From NCBI GenBank assembly GCA_964016885.1, contig OZ024741.1, forward strand, positions 271,436,001 through 271,500,000: a DNA stretch of 64,000 bases. Reading direction: 5' to 3'. A program made the translations under genes and the position numbers. The notes under the pieces are model-generated. The model ran no database searches. It had not been told where the DNA came from and saw only the letters and a list, made by a program, of their open reading frames with translations. This stretch comes from Eledone cirrhosa (Eukaryota). Shown here piece by piece: positions 45,641-60,176 of this stretch. Numbering within the stretch: the stretch's first letter is position 1; every line of letters starts with the position of its first letter.

Positions 45641-46149
45641 ATGTATGTATATGTGTATATGCATGTATGTGTGTATATCTGTGTATGTATATAAGTATGC
45701 ATGTATGGATGGTGTATGTATGGATGGTGTATGTATGTGTGTATATGTATGTATGTTCTCCTTTTCGGGTAGTATTTTCGATGCTCAGAGAGTGGGATTG
45801 GTCGAGTGCAAGGCCTTTCCCCACTTAAAAAATCTGTTATAGGTTCATGTGGCTGGCCGTAGACTAAAAGTGCACCATCTTCTGTAATCTGACAAGCGAT
45901 TGCAATACTCTTAGCAGAATTTGCAGCCATCATGTACGTATGTGTGTATATATGTATGTATATATCATTTCGTTGTTGTTTTCATAAGGTTTGAAAAGCA
46001 CAACTCTCTTGTCACGTGTGTCTTAAACCATGCAGATCTACAGCTGGCCTACACAGTCATCTTCGAAGTCATGGACGCAGATGGGATGACAATGAAGAAT
46101 CAATAAGAGACATCAATTGTCTGTGAAGAAGCTGCAATCCTCATGTATA

Positions 46150-46180
<31 letters not shown>

Positions 46181-48679
46181 CTGTGTGTGTATGAATGTAT
46201 GTTCAAATCGGCTGCAACCAGCCACTCATACTTATGTTAAGGTATTGTTCTCAAAATAAACATTATCAAATTCTCATGGCTTTGATATTATGTGAGGTAA
46301 AGCCTTTACCATGAAAATATAATAGAAAATATAGAGTAATGTAAATGTTAAAGGGTAAAGAGACAAAACAAAAGCAAACAATACTACAATATATTACCTT
46401 AGGTAGTGTTGCATAACTAAATATAGAAAAAAACCCAGTTCATCTTCCCTCCCTCACCCCTCCACTCTTCCTACCGACTCCTGTGACTGTCATTGCTCAT
46501 GGTAATAATTACATTAATATCATTCAAGTGATAAATACAGAAATAAAATTAATGGCTTGACCTTTCATAACAATGAGCTGAGACAGAAAATAGTTGAATA
46601 ATTTATCTGCTGGCCTCAATTTCTTGTGAAACACTGTGGAGAATTTCTACTTCTGATCTGACACAGCTTTACAAAGTATCACTCCCTGTTTGTTTGCTTG
46701 TTTGTCCACTTGCTTGCTTGCCTGATTGGTTGCTTACTTGCTTCCTTCCTTGCCTGTCTGCTTGCTTGCTTGGTTGCCTGATTGCTTGCCTGCTTAGTTT
46801 CATCCTTGCTTGCTTGCTTGCTTGTCTGCTTACTTGCTTGCCTGCTTACTTGGTTGCCTGCTTACTTCCTTGCCTGTTTTCTTGCTTCCTTGCCTGTTTC
46901 CTTGCTTCCTTGCCTGTTTCCTTGCTTCCTTGCCTGTTTCCTTGCTTCCTTGTCTGGTTGCTTGCTCAACTCCCAAAGGAACCATATAGGTGCCACCTAT
47001 TGTTAACCACTGTGTACCAGTCTTTTCCATCTGTGCAACTGCAAGCCAGATCTCAGCTTTCCACTAAACATTTGCTTCCCCACCTTTTGACGTTCTCTGT
47101 CCCATATTTTCATCTCCACTTCTTTCTCTCACTCCCACCCTCCACTCTACAGATGTTTTGTAAGGCCACTGGATCTTGTTATATGCCAGTACCATCAAAG
47201 CTTCCTTTTCTCCACACCCAAACTATGATTCTGCTGTGAGCAGGGTATGACATGGTCAACTGGCCCATCCTTCCCCATAACGGCGCCATCCAGTCCCACA
47301 CTGTAAATGTGGTTGGTGTTAGGAAGAGCATCCAGCTGTAAAAATCCCAGCCAAATTACAATTCCATCTGAACATTTTCCAAAAATTACCAACAGTCGAT
47401 CCTCAAGGCCACCTGGTACTGTGACAGTGTGTTGTTTTCACTTAGTGGGTCATATTTTAGCCTACCAGCCACTCGGTATGCAAAAACTTCAATGGTATGG
47501 ACACCAGAAAAAGGAAAATGGAAAAAGGACTGAACCAAGAACATCAGGTGCCAAGCATTCCAAAAAGTCTAAAATCTGTCTCAAGCCTGGAGGTTCATCA
47601 GGCCTGGTGCTTATCCTGGTTTCCACAGCATGAAGCAACAGAGAGTACAAGACTCATCCCTGGACAGGATGCCTGCCTATCACAGGATTAAACCTTGAGT
47701 ATACTGGAGCAATATGAAATGAAGCGTTTTGCTCAAGAACACAACACAGTCAAGGAATTAAACCCACAACATTATGATCAAAAGTCCAACACCCTTACCA
47801 AGCATTCCAGGAGAACCTCAAACACACAAAAACCATTTGGACAAGTGTGGATACAAGTGTGGAGACAAACCGACCATGCTGGCAGAAGCTTGTTACCTTG
47901 TGTGTCTTAGAACGTTCCAAGAGAAATGTCAAAGATAAACCTAACTCAGCTACTGCCCCACACCCCACCCCAGGGAGCCTTGAGAAGCTCAAGGGGGCAG
48001 TGGGGGGTGGTAGAGATGATATAATAGTATATTAAATATCAAATGATACATATTACATATAAATATAAAATATATAATATTTATTTATACATAGTATATA
48101 TTATATTATTTATTATATATCATTTACAATTTGCGTGTAGGCAGGTCTCTCTGGAAACAGGGTTGAGGATGCCAAGGTATTATGTGGTCATTTGAGAAAA
48201 TTTGAGAACCTCTGACCTAACTCCACCATTACTATGTTCATCCCTTACTCTTTAACAAAATCACAGACAACTAGAGAGATTATTGATCAGGTGTTTGTTA
48301 TTGTTTAGTCACAAGTTTGCTCTTATCAAGCAGTTATGATCAAAGTCATAACAGATGTCACTGGGTGAACTGGATACATATATTATACATCATCATCATT
48401 ATCACTATCATCATTTAATGCCTGCTTTCTCATTCTACTTTTGAAAAGCATAAGAACTGTGAAACTGGTAAAGGAAACAAATAAATATTCTTAAAAAGAC
48501 TCCAGTTGCATTTTCAATTTCTTTTCCTTATATTTTCCTTTTTATTTTTAAAAACCCTCCGAACTCAGTTCCCCACTCTACTACCCCAAGTATTGAGTAC
48601 TCTGGTGCGTTATGGTCCACCTGGTATTTTACCACACCCTCTTTGTTATTTACATATATATATATATATGATATATATA

Positions 48680-48753
<74 letters not shown>

Positions 48754-48939
48754 TTATATATATATTTATATATATATTTATAATATATATTTATTATATT
48801 ACGGCTCTGTCCTCAGACATTGAGCTAACCTCATACTGCCTGCTGGATAAGTGGAGTGTTATACACCCCTGATCCTTTCCCTAGCATACTATATATATTT
48901 ATATATATTTATATATTTATATATATATATATATATTTA

Positions 48940-49065
48940 TAAGTTGAAAAAAATGAAAACGAAATTTCATTTCTCACTCTTAGTATGGCACTTACTTAAA
49001 TGTAAGTATGTATGTATACGTACATACATATATGTATACAGACGTACAGTAGCATGCACATATAT

Positions 49066-49138
<73 letters not shown>

Positions 49139-49551
49139 CAGGTACACATACATATATGCACGCATCAGTTTAGCGGACACTTATTATAACGCCGCTTTGT
49201 TCGTTTGTCAACAAACTGAACAGCCTGAATTTATGCCATCGTTTTCGGTATGCCTGACCGATTTAACTCACTCAATATGCAAATTAGGCTGCTCGGCCGT
49301 TAATTTTCATAAGGAAAGTATATACTTTCGAACGTTCAACTATCTGGCAGATGGGTAAACGGTGCTGATGATAGCTAACAAGCTTGAAACTAGTACATCG
49401 TTCCTGTGTCAGTGTTGAACAAAAAGGTGACGTGGTTGCCTTAACACCATATGGCATAAATTCAGGCTGTTCAGTTTGTTGACAAACGAACAAAGCGGCG
49501 TTATAATAAGTGTCCGCTAAACTGATGCGTGCATATATGTATGTGTACCTG

Positions 49552-49628
<77 letters not shown>

Positions 49629-49690
49629 GTGCATGCTACTGTACGTCTGTATACATATATGTATGTACGTATACATACATACTTACATTT
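48940..49690. mobile_element. Inverted-repeat insert with a hammerhead in the spacer
   Basis: Arms 48998-49239 / 49452-49690, each including an internal (TA)n; one-sided tail 48940-48997. Confidence 0.8.
49358..49402 (+). ncRNA. Minimal type-I hammerhead ribozyme
   Basis: AACGGTG-CTGATGA-TAGCT AACA AGCTT-GAAA-CTA-GTA-CATCGTT; palindromic ACTAGT stem III. Confidence 0.85.
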
Positions 49691-49777
49691 ATATATTTAT
49701 ATATATATATATATTTATATATATTTATATATTTATATATATATATATATTTATATATATTTATATATTTATATATA

Positions 49778-49876
<99 letters not shown>

Positions 49877-49941
49877 ATATATATATTTATATATATGTAA
49901 TATGTATATATATATTTATATATATATATATATATGTATAT

Positions 49942-50487
49942 AGTAATAGAATAAGGACGGATTGAAAGAATTTTAGGGAGCTGCTTCTTCTGTTGACAAA
50001 GAAGGGTTTCTCCCTGCGTACGAAAGGATGGTTATATGATGCCTGTGTGAGATGTACGATGCTGCATGGTAGTGAGACATGGACAGCAACTGCAGAAGAT
50101 ATGCGATGACTGGAGAGAAATGAAGCAAGTATGCTCCGTTGGATGTGCAATGCCAATGTGCGTGAACGACCAAGCATAGACAAGTTGAGAAAGAAACTGG
50201 GTATAAGAGGGATAAGTTGTGGTGTGTAGGAGAGAAGGCTGAGATGGTATGGACATGTGATGCGCATGGAGGATGACCGCTGGGTGAAGAAGTGCTAAGA
50301 AATCACAGTAGAAGGAAGACACAGTAGAGCTAGACCACGAAAAACATGGGCAGACCTCAGATCGCTGAAACTCACCGAGGAGATGACAAAGGACTGTGAG
50401 AAGTGGAGAGATGCTGTGCTGAATAGGACCCGTCCAACTCTTGCAAGCAGGGAAAAGCGGACGTAAAATGATGATGATGATGATGAT
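49942..50487 (+). mobile_element. RTE LINE 3' fragment
   Basis: Homologous to 54415-54975; (GAT)n tail; flanked by (TA)n. Confidence 0.85.
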
Positions 50488-50524
50488 ATATATATATATT
50501 TTATATATATATATTATATATATA

Positions 50525-52235
50525 TTAAAATAAATAAAATAGATGTTCTTTTGATCAATTACATTTTATTATACATATTTCGGATGTACAACAGTACGTC
50601 CTCATCAGACAAAATATAATGATACATGACATACCCTGAGATGTTAAATGGTTAAGATTTAATCTCTTAATTTAATTAAGAGAAAGTTTAACATTTATAA
50701 CCTAATAATGAGAAAATGCGAAAACGTAATAAATTCAATAGAGAATGTGTGAGTAAGAAAAACGTTGCTTAATGTAACAGTTATAGAGATTTTAAAATGT
50801 ATGATACTACAATTTATCAGGGAAAGCAGTCAATGAGAGCTGCTGGGATATGATATATAGAGAGAGGGAAGATAAGTGGTAATATATATGTAGAAGGAGA
50901 TTTTCCGAAAGTTAAACGGTTAACTTTGAAAATATTTAATTTATGCTATTTTAGGGTGAAGAATCAAGATTTTAGGGGTTTTTTTTAAATTGCTGGTTAT
51001 TTATTAGTTTTGTAAATTCAATAAGTGTTTTAACATTTCTAAACTTTGGAATTTTATGAGGATAACTTTTAAAGGATTTAGCTGGCCAGCGGAAAGGAGA
51101 GTTTACACTGTCGAATATTTTTCTAAATGTAAACTTTACCGAAGATAATCATTGTCAACATATATGGTATGTAAATCTTATGAAGTACTTATTGTTAGAA
51201 ATATTTAAATAACTATTATGTATATATATATATATATTAATGAGCCTGTATATTTTAGGTAAATGATAACGAAAATAAAAATAAAATAATAGATTTAGGC
51301 ATGCTAAAGTTAAATATATACCTATATATAACAGGGTGTAAATGCATTGATTATTCATAGTTCGAAATAAATGATAATCAATAAATTTAACTAAAAATTA
51401 TGTATAGAAAGATACATGGAGGTTTATATGGATATAAATTAGGTATTATTGATATAGATTAGGTATTATTGATACAGTATACTTTAGGTAAATGATAACG
51501 GTTATAATTTTATATAATAAAGTTTGAACGTGTTATAGTTAAATATATATATATATATATAAGAAAAGCAAGGAAAGTTTACACTGTTGAATATTTTCCT
51601 AAATGTAAACTTTAGCGAAGATAATCATTGTCAACATATATGGTATGTAAATCTTATGAAGTACTTATTGTTAGAAATATTTAATTAACGATTATGTATA
51701 TAGATATTTATTAATGAGCCAGTATATTTTAGGTAAATGATAACGAAAAAAATATAATAGATTGAGGCATGCTAACGTTAAATATATACCTATATATAAC
51801 AGGGTGTAAATGCATTAATTATTCATAGTTCAAAATAAATAATAATCAAAAACACATGAAAGATTCAGTTAGAAATAAGTTCCATAAGTTTCTTACTCAC
51901 ACATTCTCTATTGAATTTATTACGCTTTCGCATTTTCTCATTATTAGGGTATAAATGTTAAACTTTCTCTTAGGTTAATTACTACCTTGATTAAATCTTA
52001 ACCATTTAACAGCTCAGGGTATGTCATGTATCATTATATTTTGTCTGATGAGGACGTACTGTTGTACATCCGAAATATGTATAATAAAATGTAATTAATC
52101 AAAAGAACATCTATTTTATTAATATTTGTATTTTAATATTAATAACTCAGGAAAATTATTTTCCATAGAGTGCTTCCAATCTACTGTAAAACTCATTCTT
52201 TGATATACTCATTGAATCTTGTTTAACTCTTTAAT
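50525..52235. mobile_element. Large inverted PLE pLTR insert with two hammerheads
   Basis: Arms about 50530-50760 / 51889-52122 around a 1.1-kb spacer with an internal duplication (about 51097-51380 / 51575-51850); tail to about 52235. Confidence 0.8.
52037..52091 (+). ncRNA. Minimal type-I hammerhead ribozyme (mirror copy at 50562-50616 on -)
   Basis: TATTTTGT-CTGATGA-GGACGTAC TGTT GTACATCC-GAAA-TATGTATA-ATAAAATG. Confidence 0.85.
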
Positions 52236-52253
52236 ATATATTATATATATATA

Positions 52254-52302
<49 letters not shown>

Positions 52303-53114
52303 ATATAGTCAGCTCCATCAATTTTGTAGAGCTAATTTAAATGTCCTATAAACTTGGCTGCTATTTCTAGTAGTGTACGTTTATGAGACATGTTGGGTTC
52401 TGATGCCATGTGCGTTATTTTATATTCACACACTATTCAGTCTTCTGAGATACTTAGAAGTGAAAGCTTTACTAATTTTACACCCACTGATGAGCAAAGA
52501 ATTGGTAATTCTCTTCGCTAAAATTGTGAAACAGCCATACCAAAGCTGTCTGGGTGTTAGGCAGTTGCCCAATATCGGTTTGTATTTCTTTTCTTGATTT
52601 ATTGTTTTAAATTGAGTCTGGCAAACCCTATTGTTAATAGTTAGTATTTTTTTCACCCTAGCGAATCTGGTCCCTTACGATTTGAACACATATATGTTTA
52701 TATCTGTGCTTATCTCTCTTTTATATTCAATTATATTACACAGCTCAGAAAAACCTCTTTCTTTGAGCTATTTAATTGTAAGAAACTATTTTGAGTTTCT
52801 TAATCAATATATACCTTTGATATATATATATATTTATATTATTTTTATATATATATATTTATATATATATATATATTACGATCGTCCTTCGTCGAATCAG
52901 ACCGAGGAAACAATGTTTCCGTTGGTCTTCCCAATTGCTAATACTATCTATCGATGGCAACTCCAGGTAGAAGGAGCAACGTGAAATAAAGTGTCTTGCT
53001 GAAGGACATAACGCATCACCCGGTCCGGAAAGCGAACTCACAACCTCATGATTGCGAATCCAATTCCCTAACCACTCAACCACACGCCTTCACCTATATA
53101 TATATATATATATT

Positions 53115-55072
<1,958 letters not shown>

Positions 55073-55126
55073 AATATATATATATATAAATATATATATA
55101 TATAGATATATATATATATATATATG

Positions 55127-57738
55127 TATTGAAGTTTTGAAGTTTCTGTTGAAAATAGAAAAAGTCATAGGAGTGAAGAGTGCTCTATGTAAGTACCAGA
55201 GCAAAATTTAATGTATAGAAACAATACAAAATAATTACCTCATTACCAGAGGTTTCCCGAATAAGACGAATACGAAAGAAACATCTTCATTCGTTCGTCG
55301 GACGAGGCAATATAAAACATAGATAAATATTTGGAAAGTCTCCTCAAGAAATGCAAGAAAAATAGACATATAAAATATATTAAAAAAATGTTTAAGAAAT
55401 ATAGTTAGGTGTGTGTATATGTATGTATATACACTCACAGATATACACATGTATGTATGTACAAATGTGTGTGTATAGTGAAAATGTGTGCGTAAATATA
55501 TGTATGGGGGCAAGTATATCTGTGTATATATAACGATAGACACAGACATGATGTGAATGTCTGGTTGACAGGTATACAGAAAAAACAGGGTATTAGATAC
55601 ATTATAAGAATATGAAGGCACGTGTATAAACACACGCACGCACGCGCGTACACTTATATGCGGAAGAAAAAGAGGTAAGGGAGTGTAATAGTAAAAAGAA
55701 AGTATCATTCTCGATATAATTATAAAAATGGAACAATAAATTAGAAAGAAAAAATTGCAAAGTAAAGAAAAGAAAACAAACAAGGTACACGCGTACATAC
55801 ACACATATATCTAAAAGAAACATATATCATAAAAAAAATATATATACACGGAATACGTGCAGACAAAAGCGTATGCAAGCGTACATACACACACAGGATG
55901 CACATATATATATATATACATACACATCGCCCCATGTATATCTAATCACGCATACGTACGCGACTGTATACACACACACACATACACACACATAAATATA
56001 TATATATACATACGCACACATACATATCCATACATGCAGTACGTACACACACACACACATACATACACTCACGCACGTTGACCCGCTAACATGCACACAC
56101 ATAAAAATAAGAATGTAAACAAACATAGATGTAAAAACACAGATATAAAAACACACATACATACACATATATATATAGACGCACGTGCGCGCACATACGG
56201 AGGCATTCGTGTAAATATACAGAAAGTATACACACGTAAAGACGCTCAGACACATAGATACAGGGTGTAAAAACAGCCTTGTGAATAAGTGAGTACAAAT
56301 ATAAAAATATAAAATTGGCTGCGAAATAACAGAAAATATCTGGAGTGGAAAACGCAAGTGACTTGTGTAATCAGGTAGTGAAGAAAATAGGGAAGTAAAA
56401 GGTGGAAAGTGAAGATATTAGGTAAGTGAATCGGAGAGTAAAGGGGGGGGGGGTAGTGGTGGATGTGAAGTAAAAATAAAAATAAAAATAAAAATAAAAT
56501 TAATAATAAGGTTAAAAATGAAAGTAAATCAGAAAAGGTAGTCTTAAAGAGAATAATTTAAGTGAAGAATAAGAGCTTATGGAGGATAAGTATCTGAAAG
56601 TGTGTTAAGTTTATATGAGCTGGAAAGCAGGTGTGATTTCATGTGTGGGCAACTGGTGAAAATTTCTGTCTTTGTGTTTAGGCAGCTCTTTGGTGATTTA
56701 AGGTTTTGCGAAATCCAATATTTTTCATTTATGCAGAGCGTGCATTTTCTTGTTCCTCTTGCATATTCTTTAGATTGGTTCAAAATTGACCAATCCAATT
56801 TATATTGGATACCTTGGTCTTTCAAATCCCATATTCTGCTAGCCACAGCTGTTGTAAATCTTTTTTCTGGATGTCGAAAGGATGTGACATGTGAGTAATA
56901 ACGCGTTTTGAATTTGTCTTGCGTCATACCCACATATCGTTCACTGGTGGCTGGTTGGTTGTTGCCGATGGTTGTCACTTTAGCCGCATATACAATGGCT
57001 TTGGTATTGCATTTACCTTGTAATGGGCATTCACTTTTGATTCTACAGGAGCAATTTTGATGTTCTCTAGGTGATTTTTTGTTGATTATATAGGATTTAA
57101 TAGGGGGACCGCAGGAGTAGCTAATTTTGACACAGTTTCTATTAAAGATCTTATAGTATCTATGTGTTCTAGGGAAATGTTTATGTAAGAGCTCTAGGAA
57201 TTTTTTGCCTACATTAGTTTTAACTGCTAGAGAGTAGGGGGTGTGAACCAGATTATTTTTCTTTTCCTGTTTTTATGTTTAATAGAGTTAGTATAGTTGG
57301 GTATGTATTTAATCGGTTCGCTAAAACCACTATTTTGGAGGGCTTTATTATAGTAGGGGGATGCCTTATTGAAAATAGCTTCTGAGGAAGAGAGAGTGGA
57401 AATCCTACGGCTAATATTAGGGATAAGGTTTTTAAAGACTATAGGAGGATGGCAAGAGCCTTTATTTATATATTTTAAATTTTCATTAGGTTTATGGTAT
57501 GGTTTATAAGAAGCAGTAGGCAAATCTAGGTTTATATCTAGGAAATTTACATTGGAAAAGTTAGTGTCAATAGCAATTTTAAGATTAAAACTAGCAAAGG
57601 TTTTTATTAAGTCTTTCCTTAATCTATCTAAGTTATGGCCTATGGTGATATGGGAAAGTATAAGACCATCGTCGCGATAAAGCCCAAAAGTATGGTTAGG
57701 GAATTTTTCTTTAAGGGAATTTTGAGGGAATATTTCTT
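55127..57738 (-). mobile_element. Penelope-like element (Naiad-like), 5'-truncated
   Basis: GLYRDDGL (about 57670), YKPYHKPN, CSCR..ECPLQGKC linker, GIY-YIG (IVY..YVG), CTLCINEK, SCPH. Long 3' UTR ends in an HHR plus tail. Confidence 0.88.
55235..55310 (-). ncRNA. Hammerhead ribozyme of the PLE 3' end (core variant CCGACGA)
   Basis: TTGCCTCGT-CCGACGA-stem II-GAAA-CCTCTG-GTA-ATGAGGTAA. Confidence 0.6.
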
Positions 57739-57748
57739 TATATATATT

Positions 57749-57833
<85 letters not shown>

Positions 57834-58299
57834 ATATATATTTATATATACATATATATATATATATATATTTATATATCATCATTTCTTTTTACGTCCA
57901 CTTTTCCCTGCTTGCAAGGGTGGGACGGAAACTGATGCTGGTATGATTTCTACAGCTGGATGCCCTTCCTAACACCAACCTCATTTACAGTGAGTGCTGG
58001 GTGCTTTTTTGGCACCTCCACGACTACTTTGCAGTGGAATGATAGGGATCCCAGTCCCTATCATCTCATTTCTACAGCTGAGTAAACTGGAGCAATGTGA
58101 AATAAACTGTCTTGCTCAAGGAAACAACACATCACCCGGTCTGAGAATTGAACTCACAACCTTTCGATTGCAAGGCCAATGCTCTAACCACTAAGCCATG
58201 TGCCTCCATATATATATATATATTTATATATATATATATATATTTTTATATATATATATATATATATATTTATTTATATATATTTATTTATATATATAA

Positions 58300-59168
58300 A
58301 GGCCTTAAAATTAACCTGGCTAAGACTAAAGTTCTAGTTTGTAAGAAAGAAAATAAGGCGGCGGTCCCCTCCGGGAAGTGGCCATGCGCAGAGTGTAGGA
58401 AAGGCGTAGGTAGAAATTCCATTTTGTGTCCCAAATGCAAAGTTTGGGTGCATAAAAGATGTAGTGGGATCACAGGTAAGCTAACTAAGAACAGATTTTA
58501 CATGTGGCCAGTGTTCTGGGGCAATAAGTAGCAGCAAGTGCCCACAAAATACTAGCTCTTTCAACTGCGCAGAGGGTTCTATAGAAATAGTGGACAGCTT
58601 CCGTTACCTGGGTGACAAAATCAGCAGTGGGGGAGGGTGCTCTGAAAGTACAGTAGCTAGAGTCAGAACTGGGTGGAAAAAGTTCAGAGAGCTTATACCA
58701 CTATTAGCCACTAAAGGGTTCTCCCTAAAAATGAAAGGCAGGCTGTACGATGCCTGCATACGAACAGCAATGTTGCATGGCAGTGAGACCTGGGCATTGT
58801 GTGCAGAGGATATACGCAGACTAGAGAGAAACGAAGCTTGCATGCTCCGCTGGATGTGTAATAGTAATATACGTGAACGACAAAGCATAAACGAACTAAG
58901 GAAAAAATTAGAAATAAGAGGGATCAGATGTTGTTTACTAGAGAGAAGGCTACGTTGGTATGGTCACGTGATGCGCATGAAGGACGATAGCTGTATAACA
59001 AAGTGCAGGGCAATAAAGATAGACGGTAGCCACGGAATAGGCAGACCCAGAAAAACCTGGGATGAGCTGATAAACTCCGACCTCACACACTTACACCTCA
59101 CCAAGACAATGTCACTGGACCGAGACCTTTGGCGGTACTCAGTAATAGAGAAGACCCGCCTTACCTAA
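58300..59168 (+). mobile_element. RTE LINE 3' fragment (second subfamily)
   Basis: [38 protein letters not shown]. Confidence 0.85.
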
Positions 59169-59566
59169 ATACAAAGTAAAACCTACCACAGTAGGCATCT
59201 CTAACAAAATACACCCCCGTCCCACCACCCCCACCCCATCCACACCGCCCCCTTCTATGTAAAGTTATGTTGGTGCCACTCCATCCAGGCCGAAACAAAT
59301 GAGATCGTGTAGGTGTCACGACAAAAAAACACACAGTCCACGCTGTAATGTGGCCGTGTAGGCAACACGGTAAAAACCTCCCAGACCCACACTGTAAATG
59401 TGGTTGGTGTTAGGAAGGGCATCCAACTGTAGAAAACCTGCCAGACAGTCCTATGCGAGCAAGACAATCACTCTTGCCTCAAGTGGGAAAACCCCCGTCC
59501 AAACCCATGCAAGCGTAGAACACGGACGTTAAACGTTGATGATGATGATGATGATGATGATATATT

Positions 59567-59795
<229 letters not shown>

Positions 59796-59826
59796 ATTTA
59801 TATATATATATATATTTATATATATT

Positions 59827-60005
<179 letters not shown>

Positions 60006-60024
60006 ATTTATATTTATATATATT

Positions 60025-60055
<31 letters not shown>

Positions 60056-60086
60056 ATTTATATTTATATATATTTATATATATATA

Positions 60087-60156
<70 letters not shown>

Positions 60157-60176
60157 GATATATATATATTTATATA

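Noticed and set aside
46694-47239. 181-aa Leu/Cys-rich ORF
   Set aside because: Derived from (GCTT)n/(CCTT)n simple repeats.
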